Shown piece by piece: positions 51,172-61,670 of a stretch of 64,000 nt of DNA. A program made the translations under genes and the position numbers. The first letter of the stretch is position 1; each line of letters begins with the position of its first letter. The DNA is from Polaribacter sp. (GTDB lineage Bacteria; Pseudomonadota; Gammaproteobacteria; Enterobacterales; Kangiellaceae): positions 13,186-77,185 of the forward strand of contig JBLIBL010000003.1 of NCBI GenBank assembly GCA_047633355.1. Direction: 5' to 3'. The notes beneath the pieces are model-generated. The model saw nothing but the letters and a program-made list of their open reading frames with translations. It was not told where the DNA came from and did not search any database.

Positions 51172-53031
51172 ATGAAAAAAATACTAACAACGGCTGTTAT
51201 CGTAGGGTTTTTATCTGCTTGCCAACAAGAGTCTAACGTCGTTGAAACAAAAGTTGATAGGGTGGCTCAAGTCGATATCCAGGCAACAGCTCAAACAGAA
51301 AGCGAAAAACTGAATCAATGGTTTGCTGAAAAATATGAGCAACAATTGCAAATGAGCCCTATTGGTTTAACTTTTTTAGGTCGAAAAGATAAATACGACC
51401 AAGTAGATGATTTAAGTGAAGCTGCAGAAAAACAACAGTTAGAATGGTTAGCCGGGACAGTCAAACAATTGAAAGAAAAATTTGACTACGCGCAATTAGA
51501 TTTAGAAACAAAGACTTCTTATGATATTTGGGTTTACCAATATGAGCAAGCACAAGAAGCTCAAAAGTACAACCGAAATGACTACGTATTTACACAAATG
51601 CAAGGTATGCAGTCGTTTGCTGCTCAGTTCCTAATTAGTTTCCATAAAGTTGAAACTGAATCGGATATGATAGCTTACATCAAACGTATCGGCGGTGTCT
51701 CGACGGGTATTAAGACGCTCTTAGAACGAGCTAAACAAAATGCAGCTTTTGGAGTGAGAGCACCAAAATTTGCTTACGAAGGTGTTATTGAACAAGCTGA
51801 GAATTTGGTGACGGGTGTTCCTTTTACGAAGGAAGGGGGAGACTCGCCACTTTGGTCCGATGCACAAACGAAAATAGCCATACTATTAGAAGCGAAAGAA
51901 ATTGATGAAGCAAAAGCTAAATCGTTACGCCAACAGTCTGAACAAGCATTGTTAGGTCATTTTATGCCCGCTTATCACAGTTTAATTAGTTGGTTCAAAA
52001 ATGATATCGATAATACACCAGCAATAGCTCAAGGCGTTGGGAGTCAGCCAAATGGACAAGCCTATTATAATTACCAACTAAAAAGCAGTACCACAACCTC
52101 ATTGACCGCTGATGAAATACATCAGATTGGATTGCAAGAAGTCGTACGAATTACTAACGAAATGATTGAGATTAAAGATAGAGTAAAATTTGAAGGGGCT
52201 CTGCAAGATTTTTTTGTTTATATCAAAAAGGATGAACGGTTCTTCTACCCAAACACTGACGAGGGACGACAAGGGTATATTACAGATTCTCAATCTTATT
52301 TAGACTTCATCGCCGAACAACTACCAAAGTTCTTTGGTATTTTACCAAAAGCGGCTCTTGTGGTTAAGCGGGTGGAATCTTTTAGAGAACAAGATGGTGC
52401 CGCTCAACATTACTTCCCTGGCACTCCAGACGGCTCGCGACCGGGTATCTATTACGCTCATTTATCTGATATGAAAAGCATGCCTAAAAATGAAATGGAA
52501 GCGATTGCTTATCATGAAGGGAGTCCCGGACATCATATGCAGATTTCAATTGCTCAAGAATTGACCTCAGTACCACAATTTAGAACTCAAGCCAGTTTCA
52601 ATGCCTATGCAGAAGGATGGGGTTTGTACTCAGAGCTACTGGCTAAAGAGATGGGTGCTTATAAAAGTGAATACTCTGATTTTGGTCGTTTAACTACCGA
52701 AATATGGCGAGCAGTTCGATTGGTAGTTGATACTGGTTTACATTCTAAAGGATGGACAGAGCAACAAGCGGTTGATTATTTCAAAGAGAAAACGCCGATT
52801 GCTGAAGGAGCTGTTCGTTCGGAGGTTCGTCGCTATATGGTATGGCCTGGACAAGCAACAGGATACAAAATTGGAATGTTAAAAATTCTAGAACTCAGAG
52901 CGTTCGCCAAGAAAGAGTTAGGCGACAAGTTCAATATAGCTGACTTCCACGATACTATTTTAAGTGGCGGTGCAATGCCGCTGACTATTTTAGAACGTAG
53001 AGTGAATAACTGGATCTCAGCAATAAAATAA
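51172..53031 (+). CDS. Lipoprotein, DUF885-like putative metallo-hydrolase
   Basis: MKKILTTAVIVGFLSAC lipobox start with an AGGAG Shine-Dalgarno sequence. The ORF-track TTG start at 51106 is probably spurious. HEGSPGHHMQ motif is present. Confidence 0.65.
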   Translation: MKKILTTAVIVGFLSACQQESNVVETKVDRVAQVDIQATAQTESEKLNQWFAEKYEQQLQMSPIGLTFLGRKDKYDQVDDLSEAAEKQQLEWLAGTVKQLKEKFDYAQLDLETKTSYDIWVYQYEQAQEAQKYNRNDYVFTQMQGMQSFAAQFLISFHKVETESDMIAYIKRIGGVSTGIKTLLERAKQNAAFGVRAPKFAYEGVIEQAENLVTGVPFTKEGGDSPLWSDAQTKIAILLEAKEIDEAKAKSLRQQSEQALLGHFMPAYHSLISWFKNDIDNTPAIAQGVGSQPNGQAYYNYQLKSSTTTSLTADEIHQIGLQEVVRITNEMIEIKDRVKFEGALQDFFVYIKKDERFFYPNTDEGRQGYITDSQSYLDFIAEQLPKFFGILPKAALVVKRVESFREQDGAAQHYFPGTPDGSRPGIYYAHLSDMKSMPKNEMEAIAYHEGSPGHHMQISIAQELTSVPQFRTQASFNAYAEGWGLYSELLAKEMGAYKSEYSDFGRLTTEIWRAVRLVVDTGLHSKGWTEQQAVDYFKEKTPIAEGAVRSEVRRYMVWPGQATGYKIGMLKILELRAFAKKELGDKFNIADFHDTILSGGAMPLTILERRVNNWISAIK

Positions 53032-53049
53032 TTGAACGTGTTGATTAGC

Positions 53050-53079
53050 GCGGAGATTTGTTGCCAAACAAGCCTCCGC
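53050..53079 (+). terminator. Hairpin terminator after the DUF885-like gene
   Basis: GCGGAGATTTGTT-GCCA-AACAAGCCTCCGC, an imperfect ~13-bp stem that starts 19 nt after the stop. Confidence 0.55.
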
Positions 53080-53274
53080 CTTATACTTTTGGACTATTGA
53101 TTAACTACCCCTTTATGATATCGGTTGATACCATTTGTATCAGCAGTTCTACACTTTCAAAAAAACGTGGGCCTATAAATTGTCGATTTTAAATATTTTT
53201 TATTGAAAAGTTTTGACATATAACATGGCATGGGTTTTAAACTGGTGAAAGCCACCTTCTGGAACAATTGAATC

Positions 53275-53991
53275 ATGATTTATCATTTGTTAACAACTTT
53301 ACTTGCACCGCTTTTCATGGTTCAAGGCATTTACGTCAGACGAGTTACTCCCAAGTTGCCTGAACCTATCGGAGCACGCTCTGGTATAGCTGGCTCTGGT
53401 CCGAGAATGAGCATGCTCATAGTGGGAGATTCAGCTGCGGCTGGTGTAGGTGTTAAGACTCAAGACGAAGCCCTCACGGGTAGGTTGGTTAAAACATTGA
53501 GTTCAACTCATGAAGTGTCGTGGAAATTACTTGCTCTCACTGGTGATAATTCTGCGGAGGTGCTTGCTCGCCTGAAATCAGAACCTAAAGAGTCTTATGA
53601 GTCTGTGGTGGTTTCCGTGGGTGTCAATGATGTCACCGGTCGAACTGGAACTGAAGCATGGGCAATAAATTTGCAAAATATAATAGATATTCTAAAAAAT
53701 AAATATGAAGCTCAATATATTTTTATGTCAAGCATTCCACCCATGCACATCTTTCCTGCGCTACCTCAACCACTACGTTGGTGGTTAGGTCAACGAGCTA
53801 AAAAGCTCAATGCTATTATGAAAAAAGTGACTGAGATTAATGAAAAATGTTTTTTAGTGTGTGTGTCTTTTCCAATTGATAATCAGTTTATTGCAGCCGA
53901 TGGATTTCACCCCGGAGCTGAGGCATATAAATTGTGGGGTAATCACGTTGCAGAACTTATTCAAGTTGAAACCGAGGTAAAGTCGAATTAG
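53275..53991 (+). CDS. SGNH/GDSL-family hydrolase
   Basis: 238 aa with block I VGDSAAAG, block III GVND and block V DGFHP. Confidence 0.7.
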   Translation: MIYHLLTTLLAPLFMVQGIYVRRVTPKLPEPIGARSGIAGSGPRMSMLIVGDSAAAGVGVKTQDEALTGRLVKTLSSTHEVSWKLLALTGDNSAEVLARLKSEPKESYESVVVSVGVNDVTGRTGTEAWAINLQNIIDILKNKYEAQYIFMSSIPPMHIFPALPQPLRWWLGQRAKKLNAIMKKVTEINEKCFLVCVSFPIDNQFIAADGFHPGAEAYKLWGNHVAELIQVETEVKSN

Positions 53992-54383
53992 CAAATACAG
54001 ATACCAGTCAACTATCTGTCAGTTATAGTTAGGATATTTTTCAAATTTTTAAACAAGAATATGGGTTGGTTAAGTATAACTTACACTTCTATTGAGAACG
54101 CTATAATTGCTGTATGGATAATCATTTCAATTACAGATATAGTTCCGTCATTAATTTTATGTGGAATGATTTTAAACGATGTCTCTCTTTTTTGAAAAAG
54201 TTAGCTTTTTTCCTGAAGTACCAGAAAATGAAATGATTACGGATATATATTTACCAATTGAGTAAAGAATATAACAAGTGATTATGCTTTTAATATGACA
54301 TCAAAAAAATATATCTAATTTTTTTGATGTTTGAAAATGGCCGTTTAAAAACTAAACGGCACAGTCAATTTAATTTTAGATGA

Positions 54384-55226
54384 TTAATCTAAATCACTTG
54401 CATCGTGTCGCTCTGCCAATTGCAATGATTCTTCACCCCATGTGCGATTCACTCTTTGACCACGCTGCACCGCTCGACGCAGCTTGATTTTTTCACTCCA
54501 ACGGATCACATTCTGGTAAGACGTCACATCAAGAAACTCGGCGGCATCATAAAGCTTGGCTTGAACTAAAATGCCATACCAAGCGTAGTTTGCGATATCG
54601 GCAATATTATAATCATCACCACAAAGGAATTTGCGATTCGATAAATTTTGATCAAGAACGTCTAGCTGTCTTTTAACTTCCATCGCATAACGATTAATTG
54701 GATATTCTAATTTTTCTGGCGCATACGCATAGAAATGGCCAAACCCTCCGCCTAAAAATGGTGCACTCCCCATTTGCCAAAATAGCCATGACATACATTC
54801 CGCTCGTTTAGTTGGCTCAGTTGGTAAAAAAGCACCAAATTTTTCTGCAAGATAAACAAGGATCGCACCGGATTCAAAAATTCGTGTGGGAGGGTTAGTA
54901 CTGTGATCAAAGAGTGCGGGTATTTTTGAGTTTGGATTAATATCCACAAAATCACTACCAAATTGGTCACCCTTGGTAATATCAATTATCCAAGCATCAT
55001 ATTCTGCACCTTTCTTACCGAGTGCCAATAATTCTTCAAGCAATATCGTGACTTTTACACCGTTAGGTGTCGCTAAAGAATACAGCTGGAAAGGGTGTTT
55101 ACCTATCGACAACTTTTTTTCATGCGTTGCCCCCGCAGTGGGACGATTAATGTTGGCAAACTTTCCGCCGCTTTGCTTATCCATAGCCCAGACCTTGGGA
55201 GGAGTATATTGGTTTGTTTCACTCAT
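54384..55226 (-). CDS. yghU: Glutathione transferase-like disulfide-bond oxidoreductase YghU
   Basis: 280 aa with N-terminal PPKVW...GGKFANINRPTAG and a long-form Nu-class GST layout like E. coli YghU. Confidence 0.75.
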   Translation of the reverse strand: MSETNQYTPPKVWAMDKQSGGKFANINRPTAGATHEKKLSIGKHPFQLYSLATPNGVKVTILLEELLALGKKGAEYDAWIIDITKGDQFGSDFVDINPNSKIPALFDHSTNPPTRIFESGAILVYLAEKFGAFLPTEPTKRAECMSWLFWQMGSAPFLGGGFGHFYAYAPEKLEYPINRYAMEVKRQLDVLDQNLSNRKFLCGDDYNIADIANYAWYGILVQAKLYDAAEFLDVTSYQNVIRWSEKIKLRRAVQRGQRVNRTWGEESLQLAERHDASDLD

Positions 55227-55473
55227 AAAGCCGAATTCTCATAGTTGTTGAAAAAATCATGTTTATTCTATTACAAGGGACTGGCATAGTTGCTAATTGT
55301 TTCTAGCATAATGACGTTAAGGAAATAATAAGTGGTCACTCATAATTATCAAAGCTAATCTGAACATCTATTTTTAGGAATTACATCAAATTAAACTGAT
55401 CTATACGAAGTTGTCTTGTTTTGCTAGAGTGTCTGATTAATCCATCAGTTTTTATAAAATAGGTATTTTAAAA

Positions 55474-56787
55474 ATGATTAAAAGAGCTCTATTGGTTTGT
55501 CTTTTTACGACTTATTCGCTTGTATCTAACGCGGATACTCTCACTCAGCAAATTGAGCAGGATTATCAGTATCTTAATAAACTCTATGAGCATCTTCACC
55601 AATATCCAGAAATATCCTTTCAAGAAAAAAATACAGCCAAGCGAATTGCTAGTGAATTGAAATATCTCGGTTTTGACGTTACACAAAATTTTGCTGGTCA
55701 CGGAATAGTCGGTTTATTAAAAAATGGTGATGGTCCAACAATAATGATTCGTACGGACTTAGATGCATTACCGATTAAAGAGCAAACCGGTCTTCCTTAC
55801 GCAAGTGAGCAGTCGATGCAAGATAGAGATGGAAACACAACTTACGCTATGCATGCTTGCGGCCACGATATACACATGACGGTTTTTACCGGTACAGCTC
55901 GTCGGTTAGTCGCCGCTAAAAGTGAGTGGTCCGGGACTTTAATTATGATTGGTCAACCCGCAGAAGAAAGAAGTGGTGGCGCCAAAGCAATGTTAGCTGA
56001 AGGATTATTCGAGAAATTTCCGCGTCCGGATTATAATTTAGCGCTTCATGTATCTGCGGATGTTCCCGCGGGGAAAATAGGCGCTGTTAAAGGTTTTGCT
56101 ATGGCGAATGTCGATTCCGTTGATATTTTAGTGAAGGGACAAGGTGGGCACGGCGCTTATCCTCATAATACCAAAGACCCCATCGTTTTAGCGTCTCAAA
56201 TTGTGCAGTCATTACAAACCATTGTAAGTCGTGAAACTTCACCGTTAGAGCCAGCTGTAGTGACTGTTGGCTCGATCCATGGTGGTTCGCAACACAACAT
56301 TATTTCGAATGAAGTTAAAATGCAGTTAACCTTACGATCTTATTCAGATAGCGTCAGGAAAAATACAATTGATTCTATTCATAGAATGACTAAATATTTG
56401 GGTTTAGCGGCAGGTTTAAAAGAAATTGATTTGCCAGTGGTTACTGTTCTGAATGAGTCCACACCTGCTTCATATAATCATCCAGAATTAACTGGCAGGG
56501 TAACTGATTTATTTAATCAGTTATTTGGTAAAGAGAATATTATTCAATTAAAGCCTGAAATGGTTGGTGAAGATTTCGGTCGATATGGTCAAGTAGAACC
56601 TAAAATCCCAAGTTTAATGTTTCGCTTAGGCACCGTTAATATTGATAAATTTAAAAATTCCAAAAAACAAGGTAAACGCTTACCAACTTTACATTCAGCT
56701 GATTACGCTCCTGACCCTGAACCGACTATTAAAACAGGTATTAGAGCAATGACAGAAGCCACTCTACTATTATTCGACCAACAGTGA
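55474..56787 (+). CDS. Exported M20D-family amidohydrolase (N-acyl-amino-acid / hippurate hydrolase-like)
   Basis: 437 aa with a signal peptide and the MHACGHD and GQPAEE motifs. Confidence 0.8.
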   Translation: MIKRALLVCLFTTYSLVSNADTLTQQIEQDYQYLNKLYEHLHQYPEISFQEKNTAKRIASELKYLGFDVTQNFAGHGIVGLLKNGDGPTIMIRTDLDALPIKEQTGLPYASEQSMQDRDGNTTYAMHACGHDIHMTVFTGTARRLVAAKSEWSGTLIMIGQPAEERSGGAKAMLAEGLFEKFPRPDYNLALHVSADVPAGKIGAVKGFAMANVDSVDILVKGQGGHGAYPHNTKDPIVLASQIVQSLQTIVSRETSPLEPAVVTVGSIHGGSQHNIISNEVKMQLTLRSYSDSVRKNTIDSIHRMTKYLGLAAGLKEIDLPVVTVLNESTPASYNHPELTGRVTDLFNQLFGKENIIQLKPEMVGEDFGRYGQVEPKIPSLMFRLGTVNIDKFKNSKKQGKRLPTLHSADYAPDPEPTIKTGIRAMTEATLLLFDQQ

Positions 56788-56856
56788 TTACCTTTTCATT
56801 TTTGAAGGTGTTTACGCCTAAAACGACATCAACTTAATCATTTAAAAGGATACTAT

Positions 56857-58071
56857 ATGCTGTCAGATTCCATTGGTGGAAAAACTATTGAGCAGGCCTT
56901 AATTGCACTGGCAGATATGACGTTAGACGCAATAGAGACGCAAGAACCTGAGTACCAAGCCCGTATGACGAATGCTCAAGCCTATATGCGCGGACATAAT
57001 ATTGCGGCCATTTATCTTAACGCCGGTACCAATCTCAGCTATTTTACCGGAATGCGTTGGTTTGCAAGTGAGCGTATGGTTGGGGCGGTATTGCCAGCAG
57101 AAGGAGGGGTAATCTATATCGCACCGTTTTTTGAAATTGATACCCTGAATGATTATATGGTGATACCGGGAGAGATAAAAGGCTGGCAAGAACACGAAAG
57201 TCCTTATGCGCTTTTTTGTCAGATTATTGCTGATTTAACCAACCAGTCGCAAGCAAAAGTAGGCATTGATGAGTCCACCTCATTCTTCATGGTCGATGGC
57301 ATTCAAAAACAACAAGCCGATATTTGTTTAATTAACGCCAGTGAGGTAACCGCTCATTGTCGGATGCATAAATCTGAGGCAGAAATTGCATTGATTCAAC
57401 GAGCAATGGATATGACTATACAGGTTCATCAAGCTGCAGCAAGCATTCTTAATGAGGGTATTTCAACTAAAGAAGTAGAGGCATTTATTCATCAAGCACA
57501 TAAAAAAGTGGGAGCTGTTAGTGGCTCATATTTTTGCATTGTGTTGTTTGGAAAAGCGACATCGTTTCCTCATGGGGTTAAGGAGCCGCAAATTCTGCAA
57601 AAGAACGATATAGTATTGATTGATACAGGCTGTCAGTTACATGGCTATATATCTGATATCACTCGTACTTATATTTACGGGACCGCTACGGAGAAACAAA
57701 TCAATATTTGGAACAGTGAAAAACGAGCACAACAGACCGCGTTTGAAGCTGCTTTAATTGGAATTCCATGTGGAGATGTTGATGCCGCGGCGAGAAAATC
57801 GCTAGAAAAAGATAATTTAGGTCCGGATTATGATTTACCCGGTTTGCCTCACCGAACAGGACATGGGATAGGTATGGATATTCATGAATGGCCTTATTTG
57901 GTAAAGGATAATCCTGTTCCATTGGCAAAAGGTATGTGTTTCAGCAACGAGCCCATGATCGTTGTACCTGGCGAATTTGGTGTTAGATTGGAAGATCATT
58001 TTTACATGACTGATACAGGGCCAGCTTGGTTTACTTTACCCTCTAAATCCATTTATGAGCCATTTGCTTGA
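56857..58071 (+). CDS. M24B-family Xaa-Pro peptidase / creatinase-fold hydrolase
   Basis: 404 aa with DTGCQLHGYISDITRT, HRTGHGIGMDIHE, SNEP and RLED metal-ligand blocks. Confidence 0.8.
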   Translation: MLSDSIGGKTIEQALIALADMTLDAIETQEPEYQARMTNAQAYMRGHNIAAIYLNAGTNLSYFTGMRWFASERMVGAVLPAEGGVIYIAPFFEIDTLNDYMVIPGEIKGWQEHESPYALFCQIIADLTNQSQAKVGIDESTSFFMVDGIQKQQADICLINASEVTAHCRMHKSEAEIALIQRAMDMTIQVHQAAASILNEGISTKEVEAFIHQAHKKVGAVSGSYFCIVLFGKATSFPHGVKEPQILQKNDIVLIDTGCQLHGYISDITRTYIYGTATEKQINIWNSEKRAQQTAFEAALIGIPCGDVDAAARKSLEKDNLGPDYDLPGLPHRTGHGIGMDIHEWPYLVKDNPVPLAKGMCFSNEPMIVVPGEFGVRLEDHFYMTDTGPAWFTLPSKSIYEPFA

Positions 58072-58104
58072 GTAATTTTCAGTTGTAAATTTTTTAAGCA
58101 TTTA

Positions 58105-58619
58105 TTACTTTACTCGCTGGTATGTAAGAGGCTGCTCTTTAACACTGCCATCTTTGTATTTCATAACAATATAACCGTCGATCTTATCTATGCCATTTTT
58201 ATAAAAGCTTAACCCAGAAAAATGAACTGCTGAAGGTTCGATTTTCACTAGTTTAAAATTAATGAAATCTTTTTTCTCCTCCCAAGCCTTAAAATCGGCA
58301 CTAAAATGTTTAACCAATAGAGAAAGACTTTCATTTTCTTCAATGAGCAACATTAGCTCGTAAAAAGAGACTCTTTTGTTATTATCAAATAATTTAAACA
58401 TACCAACCATACTGTTGGCAGATGCAGGATTCCAAACTTCTTCAAACTGACTGCCAAATGCAGTTCCTTTCCATGATCCAGCTAGCCAAGCAACGTCTTC
58501 AAGTGTTGCTGTTAGTTGTTTTTTTCTTTGGATAATTTATGAGTGTGTTCAGTATGCTTTTCTACAGCAAACGAAAAATTGACGATACTCAAAATCAATA
58601 ATTTGAGAATAATCTTCAT
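58105..58619 (-). pseudogene. Small exported protein gene with a frameshift at an A7 run
   Basis: ATG at 58619 gives MKIILKLLILSIVNFSFA... (signal peptide), then a stop. The -1 frame continues ...TATLEDVAWLAGSWKGTAFGSQFEEVWNPASANSMVGMFKLF... into ORF 58410..58105. The homopolymer lies at 58519-58525. Confidence 0.6.
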
Positions 58620-58705
58620 AGTGTTTTCCTATTGTTTATTAATAAGACGAATAACTTATTAAAAAATCGACATTTATTCAAAAACATTTCCAATTAGTCT
58701 AATTA

Positions 58706-58949
58706 CCCGGAGCAATTCCAAGCGATTGTTTACCCCAATAAAGCTAAAATGACGTCACAATTATCTACAACCCTCGCGCATTTAAATATTCAACAAGAAA
58801 ACTGCTTAGGGCAAGTGCAAGCTTATGACAGTAACTATTATCGTTTTGTGGGCAGTCTTGAAAAGATTAAAGGTCAAACAAAATCACTCGGCCAAAAATG
58901 GTTAAAAGGGCTTAACCAAATTCAAAAGCTGTACATTATCGATAGTTAA
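58706..58949 (+). pseudogene. 3' remnant of a Y1/HUH (IS200-like, long COG1943-type) transposase-like gene
   Basis: PGAIPSD... then a frameshift into ...LAHLNIQQENCLGQVQAYDSNYYRFVGSLEKIKGQTKSLGQKWLKGL. About 60% identical by eye to the inverted copy at 61884-62111. Family recall is uncertain. Confidence 0.45.
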
Positions 58950-59403
58950 AATATGACCTGCAAAATTCACTCATGATCTCAGTCCTAGGAATATTTCATG
59001 TGCCTGTTACTCTAGTTTCGCTTAAATAATTCAATCTAAAATCCTAATCGCTCGTTCGTGTATCAATTTACCAATTATTTGTTCAGTGTTTTAGTAAAAG
59101 TCTTAGGCCTTTGTGAGAGATTGTCTATAACTTGACTGTCTCTAACTTTTTTTAACTTGGAGTGATGTAGTCAATGGTCACTCTATTACCACATTAACAT
59201 CTGCGAGAGAGTAGTGACTACAGTAAATAGTTGAGAACAGCGTGTCTCGCTGTTTCTGACGGATTAGGTTAGTAGCGTGTGAAGGATTGGCCTGGAATTT
59301 GGTGTAAAGTCTACAAAGAGCTTCTAATTGCTGATGGGTGAGCTCTCGAGCTAAATCTGTTATCAAAATTTAAGTGTTATTAAATTATTAATTTACAAGG
59401 TAA

Positions 59404-59420
59404 AATATACGGCGTATATT
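59404..59420. promoter_or_regulatory. 17-bp perfect palindrome, candidate TetR operator
   Basis: AATATACG-G-CGTATATT, ending 6 nt before the TetR-family start codon. Confidence 0.5.
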
Positions 59421-59426
59421 ATTAAG

Positions 59427-60017
59427 ATGACAAGAAAAGCCTTAACAGAAATTGAGATTAAACGTTTTCGTACAGCGTATTGTGAAAAAGCTTACGAGCT
59501 TTATAAGCAGGATGACTACCATGCTATATCAATGCGAGGAATTGCAAAAGCAATGGGGTGCAGCTCCATGATGGCTTATCGATACTTTGAAGATAAAGAA
59601 GACGTGTTTGCCTCACTTAGAGCGACTCTATTTAACCGTCTTGCAAATAGCCTTGAATCAGTGCCCGACTCTCTTTCCCCATTAAACTATTTAAAAAAAG
59701 TAGGGATGACTTATGCTGGGTTTGCCCACGAAGAACCACACACCTATCGATTGCTGTACATGATTCATATACAAAAAGTGAAAAGCTATCCTGAAGTGGA
59801 ACAAGCTCAGATGAGAACACAAAAGGTATTGCTCCGAGCTACTCTTCGAGCTAAAGAGTCGGGATATATTGAAGGGGATCCTATTGTGTTAGCACATACA
59901 TTATGGGCCTTGATCCATGGTTTAGTGTCATTAGATTTAGCTAATCAACTGAATCAAGGTGCTAGTTTTGATGATTTATTTCCCAGCATGCTGGATCTAC
60001 TTTTAAAGAAATGTTGA
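59427..60017 (+). CDS. TetR/AcrR-family transcriptional regulator
   Basis: 196 aa with the N-terminal HTH ISMRGIAKAMGCSSMMAYRYFEDKEDV. Confidence 0.85.
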   Translation: MTRKALTEIEIKRFRTAYCEKAYELYKQDDYHAISMRGIAKAMGCSSMMAYRYFEDKEDVFASLRATLFNRLANSLESVPDSLSPLNYLKKVGMTYAGFAHEEPHTYRLLYMIHIQKVKSYPEVEQAQMRTQKVLLRATLRAKESGYIEGDPIVLAHTLWALIHGLVSLDLANQLNQGASFDDLFPSMLDLLLKKC

Positions 60018-60027
60018 GTTTTAAATA

Positions 60028-60828
60028 ATGTTCATAGGAAAGAAAATATTAATCTTTTTGAAGGTAAAACGGCAATAGTCAGCGGTGTCGGGGGAAGGTA
60101 TAGGTCTATCAATAGCCAAAGCACTTGGCCAAGAAAAAATGAATATTGTGCTCGCTGATATTGACAAAGATAATCTGCTAAAGGCTTCCAAGGAATTGCA
60201 ACAATCAGGAGTTCCAGTGCTAGCAGTTGAACTGGATGTGGCTGAAGAATCGCAGAGGCATTATTTGGCTAGGAAAGCGGTGGAGCGATTTGATAAAATT
60301 CATATGGTAGTGAATAATGCTGGAATAAGCGTCGAAACCGACCGCCTTGAGAAGCAAGAGTCTGACGGATGGCTTTGGACTTTAAATGTTAACTTGATGG
60401 GAGGAGCACCTTTTGGCGGCGCATATACAGCGACAAAAATGGCAGTCGTTGGCCTATCGGAAAGTTGGGCTACTGAATTTAAAAGAGACGGTATTAGTGT
60501 TTCGGTTTTGTGCCCTGCATTTTTTCAAACTAGAATTCATGAATCTAATAGAAACCGTCCATCAAATAATCCGGCAGAAACATCAATTTCTAAGGATGAT
60601 GTCAGACAAGACAATACAAGAACGTTAGTTGAAAATGGAATGGAGGTGTCGAACATTGGAAAACAAGTGGTTGAGGCTCTCAAATTAGGAGAATTTTATA
60701 TATTTACTCATCCCAATTATCGCGAAGTCATTCAAGCTCGCTCCAAAGCCATTGACCAAGCATTTGAAAGAGCGGCAAAAAGTCCGCTGTTGCAACACAT
60801 GGTTAATCAATCAATAGATAGGCTATAG
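60028..60828 (+). pseudogene. Degraded short-chain dehydrogenase/reductase (SDR)
   Basis: The N-terminus is split over three frames (ATG frame / NLFEGKTAIVSG / GEGIGLSIAKAL, with a break at the G5 run 60090-60094). The body jumps from NVNLMG straight to YTATK, so the catalytic-Ser segment appears deleted. Confidence 0.6.
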
Positions 60829-60884
60829 ATAGCTTATTTTTTTGTCTTTTAACTTTATTTACGCCCATAAAATAGGAAAATCTC

Positions 60885-61367
60885 ATGCCTGAAATAAGTT
60901 TACTTGGTTGGTTCCACACAATCATCGCCATAATTGCCCTCGCTGCTGGTTATTACACCTTAGTTGTTTACAAGGTAATAACTCTTGAACATAAAACAGG
61001 TCAAATATATTTAGTCTGTACACTAATTGCAGCGGTGACTGCATTGATGATATATCAGCGCGGAGAATTTGGAGCAGCACATGCCCTAGCAGTTCTGACC
61101 TTATTAGCGTTGATTGCTGGTTATCTAGTAACCAAAATACAGGCGCTTTCAAAAATTGCTGATTATTTTCAGGCTTTTTGTTTTTCTGGTACATTGTTAT
61201 TTCATATGCTGCCCGCCATTACCGACGGATTACTGCGTCTTCCTGTAGAGGCCCCTTATTTGACAAATCCAGAAGACCCGTTGCTAAAGACATTTTATTT
61301 AGCATTTGTTGGGGTATTTTTGATCGGGTATATTTTACAATTTTTGTGGATTAAGAATCGAAAATAG
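60885..61367 (+). CDS. Hypothetical integral membrane protein (4-5 TM)
   Basis: 160 aa, hydrophobic throughout. No family recognised. Confidence 0.55.
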   Translation: MPEISLLGWFHTIIAIIALAAGYYTLVVYKVITLEHKTGQIYLVCTLIAAVTALMIYQRGEFGAAHALAVLTLLALIAGYLVTKIQALSKIADYFQAFCFSGTLLFHMLPAITDGLLRLPVEAPYLTNPEDPLLKTFYLAFVGVFLIGYILQFLWIKNRK

Positions 61368-61628
61368 ATACGCATTCAATTACGCTGAGCGCAAATGACA
61401 AGTTCGGAAATCGCAAGATAGTCATTTGTCGCTGAAAACAGCGATTCGACATGTTTTAATTGTCGATGCATACAAGCGATCGGCAGTTAGTTGAAGGATC
61501 TAATTTTGGATAAAATCTTTATTTGAAGTAAGATTCGAGTCTGAGTTTGGCAATACAACATGCACAACATTGGCTGTGTTAGTGTTGTACCTAAAAAAAC
61601 AGTGATTCAATTATTTGTAAGGATAATT

Positions 61629-61670
61629 GATGCAATCGAATACCATTGGTGGCAAAACTATTGAAAAATA
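61629..61670 (+). pseudogene. 13-codon 5' stub homologous to the start of the M24 peptidase gene at 56857
   Basis: ATGCAATCGAATACCATTGGTGGCAAAACTATTGAA vs ATGCTGTCAGATTCCATTGGTGGAAAAACTATTGAG (MQSNTIGGKTIE vs MLSDSIGGKTIE). The upstream Shine-Dalgarno contexts are also similar. Confidence 0.6.
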
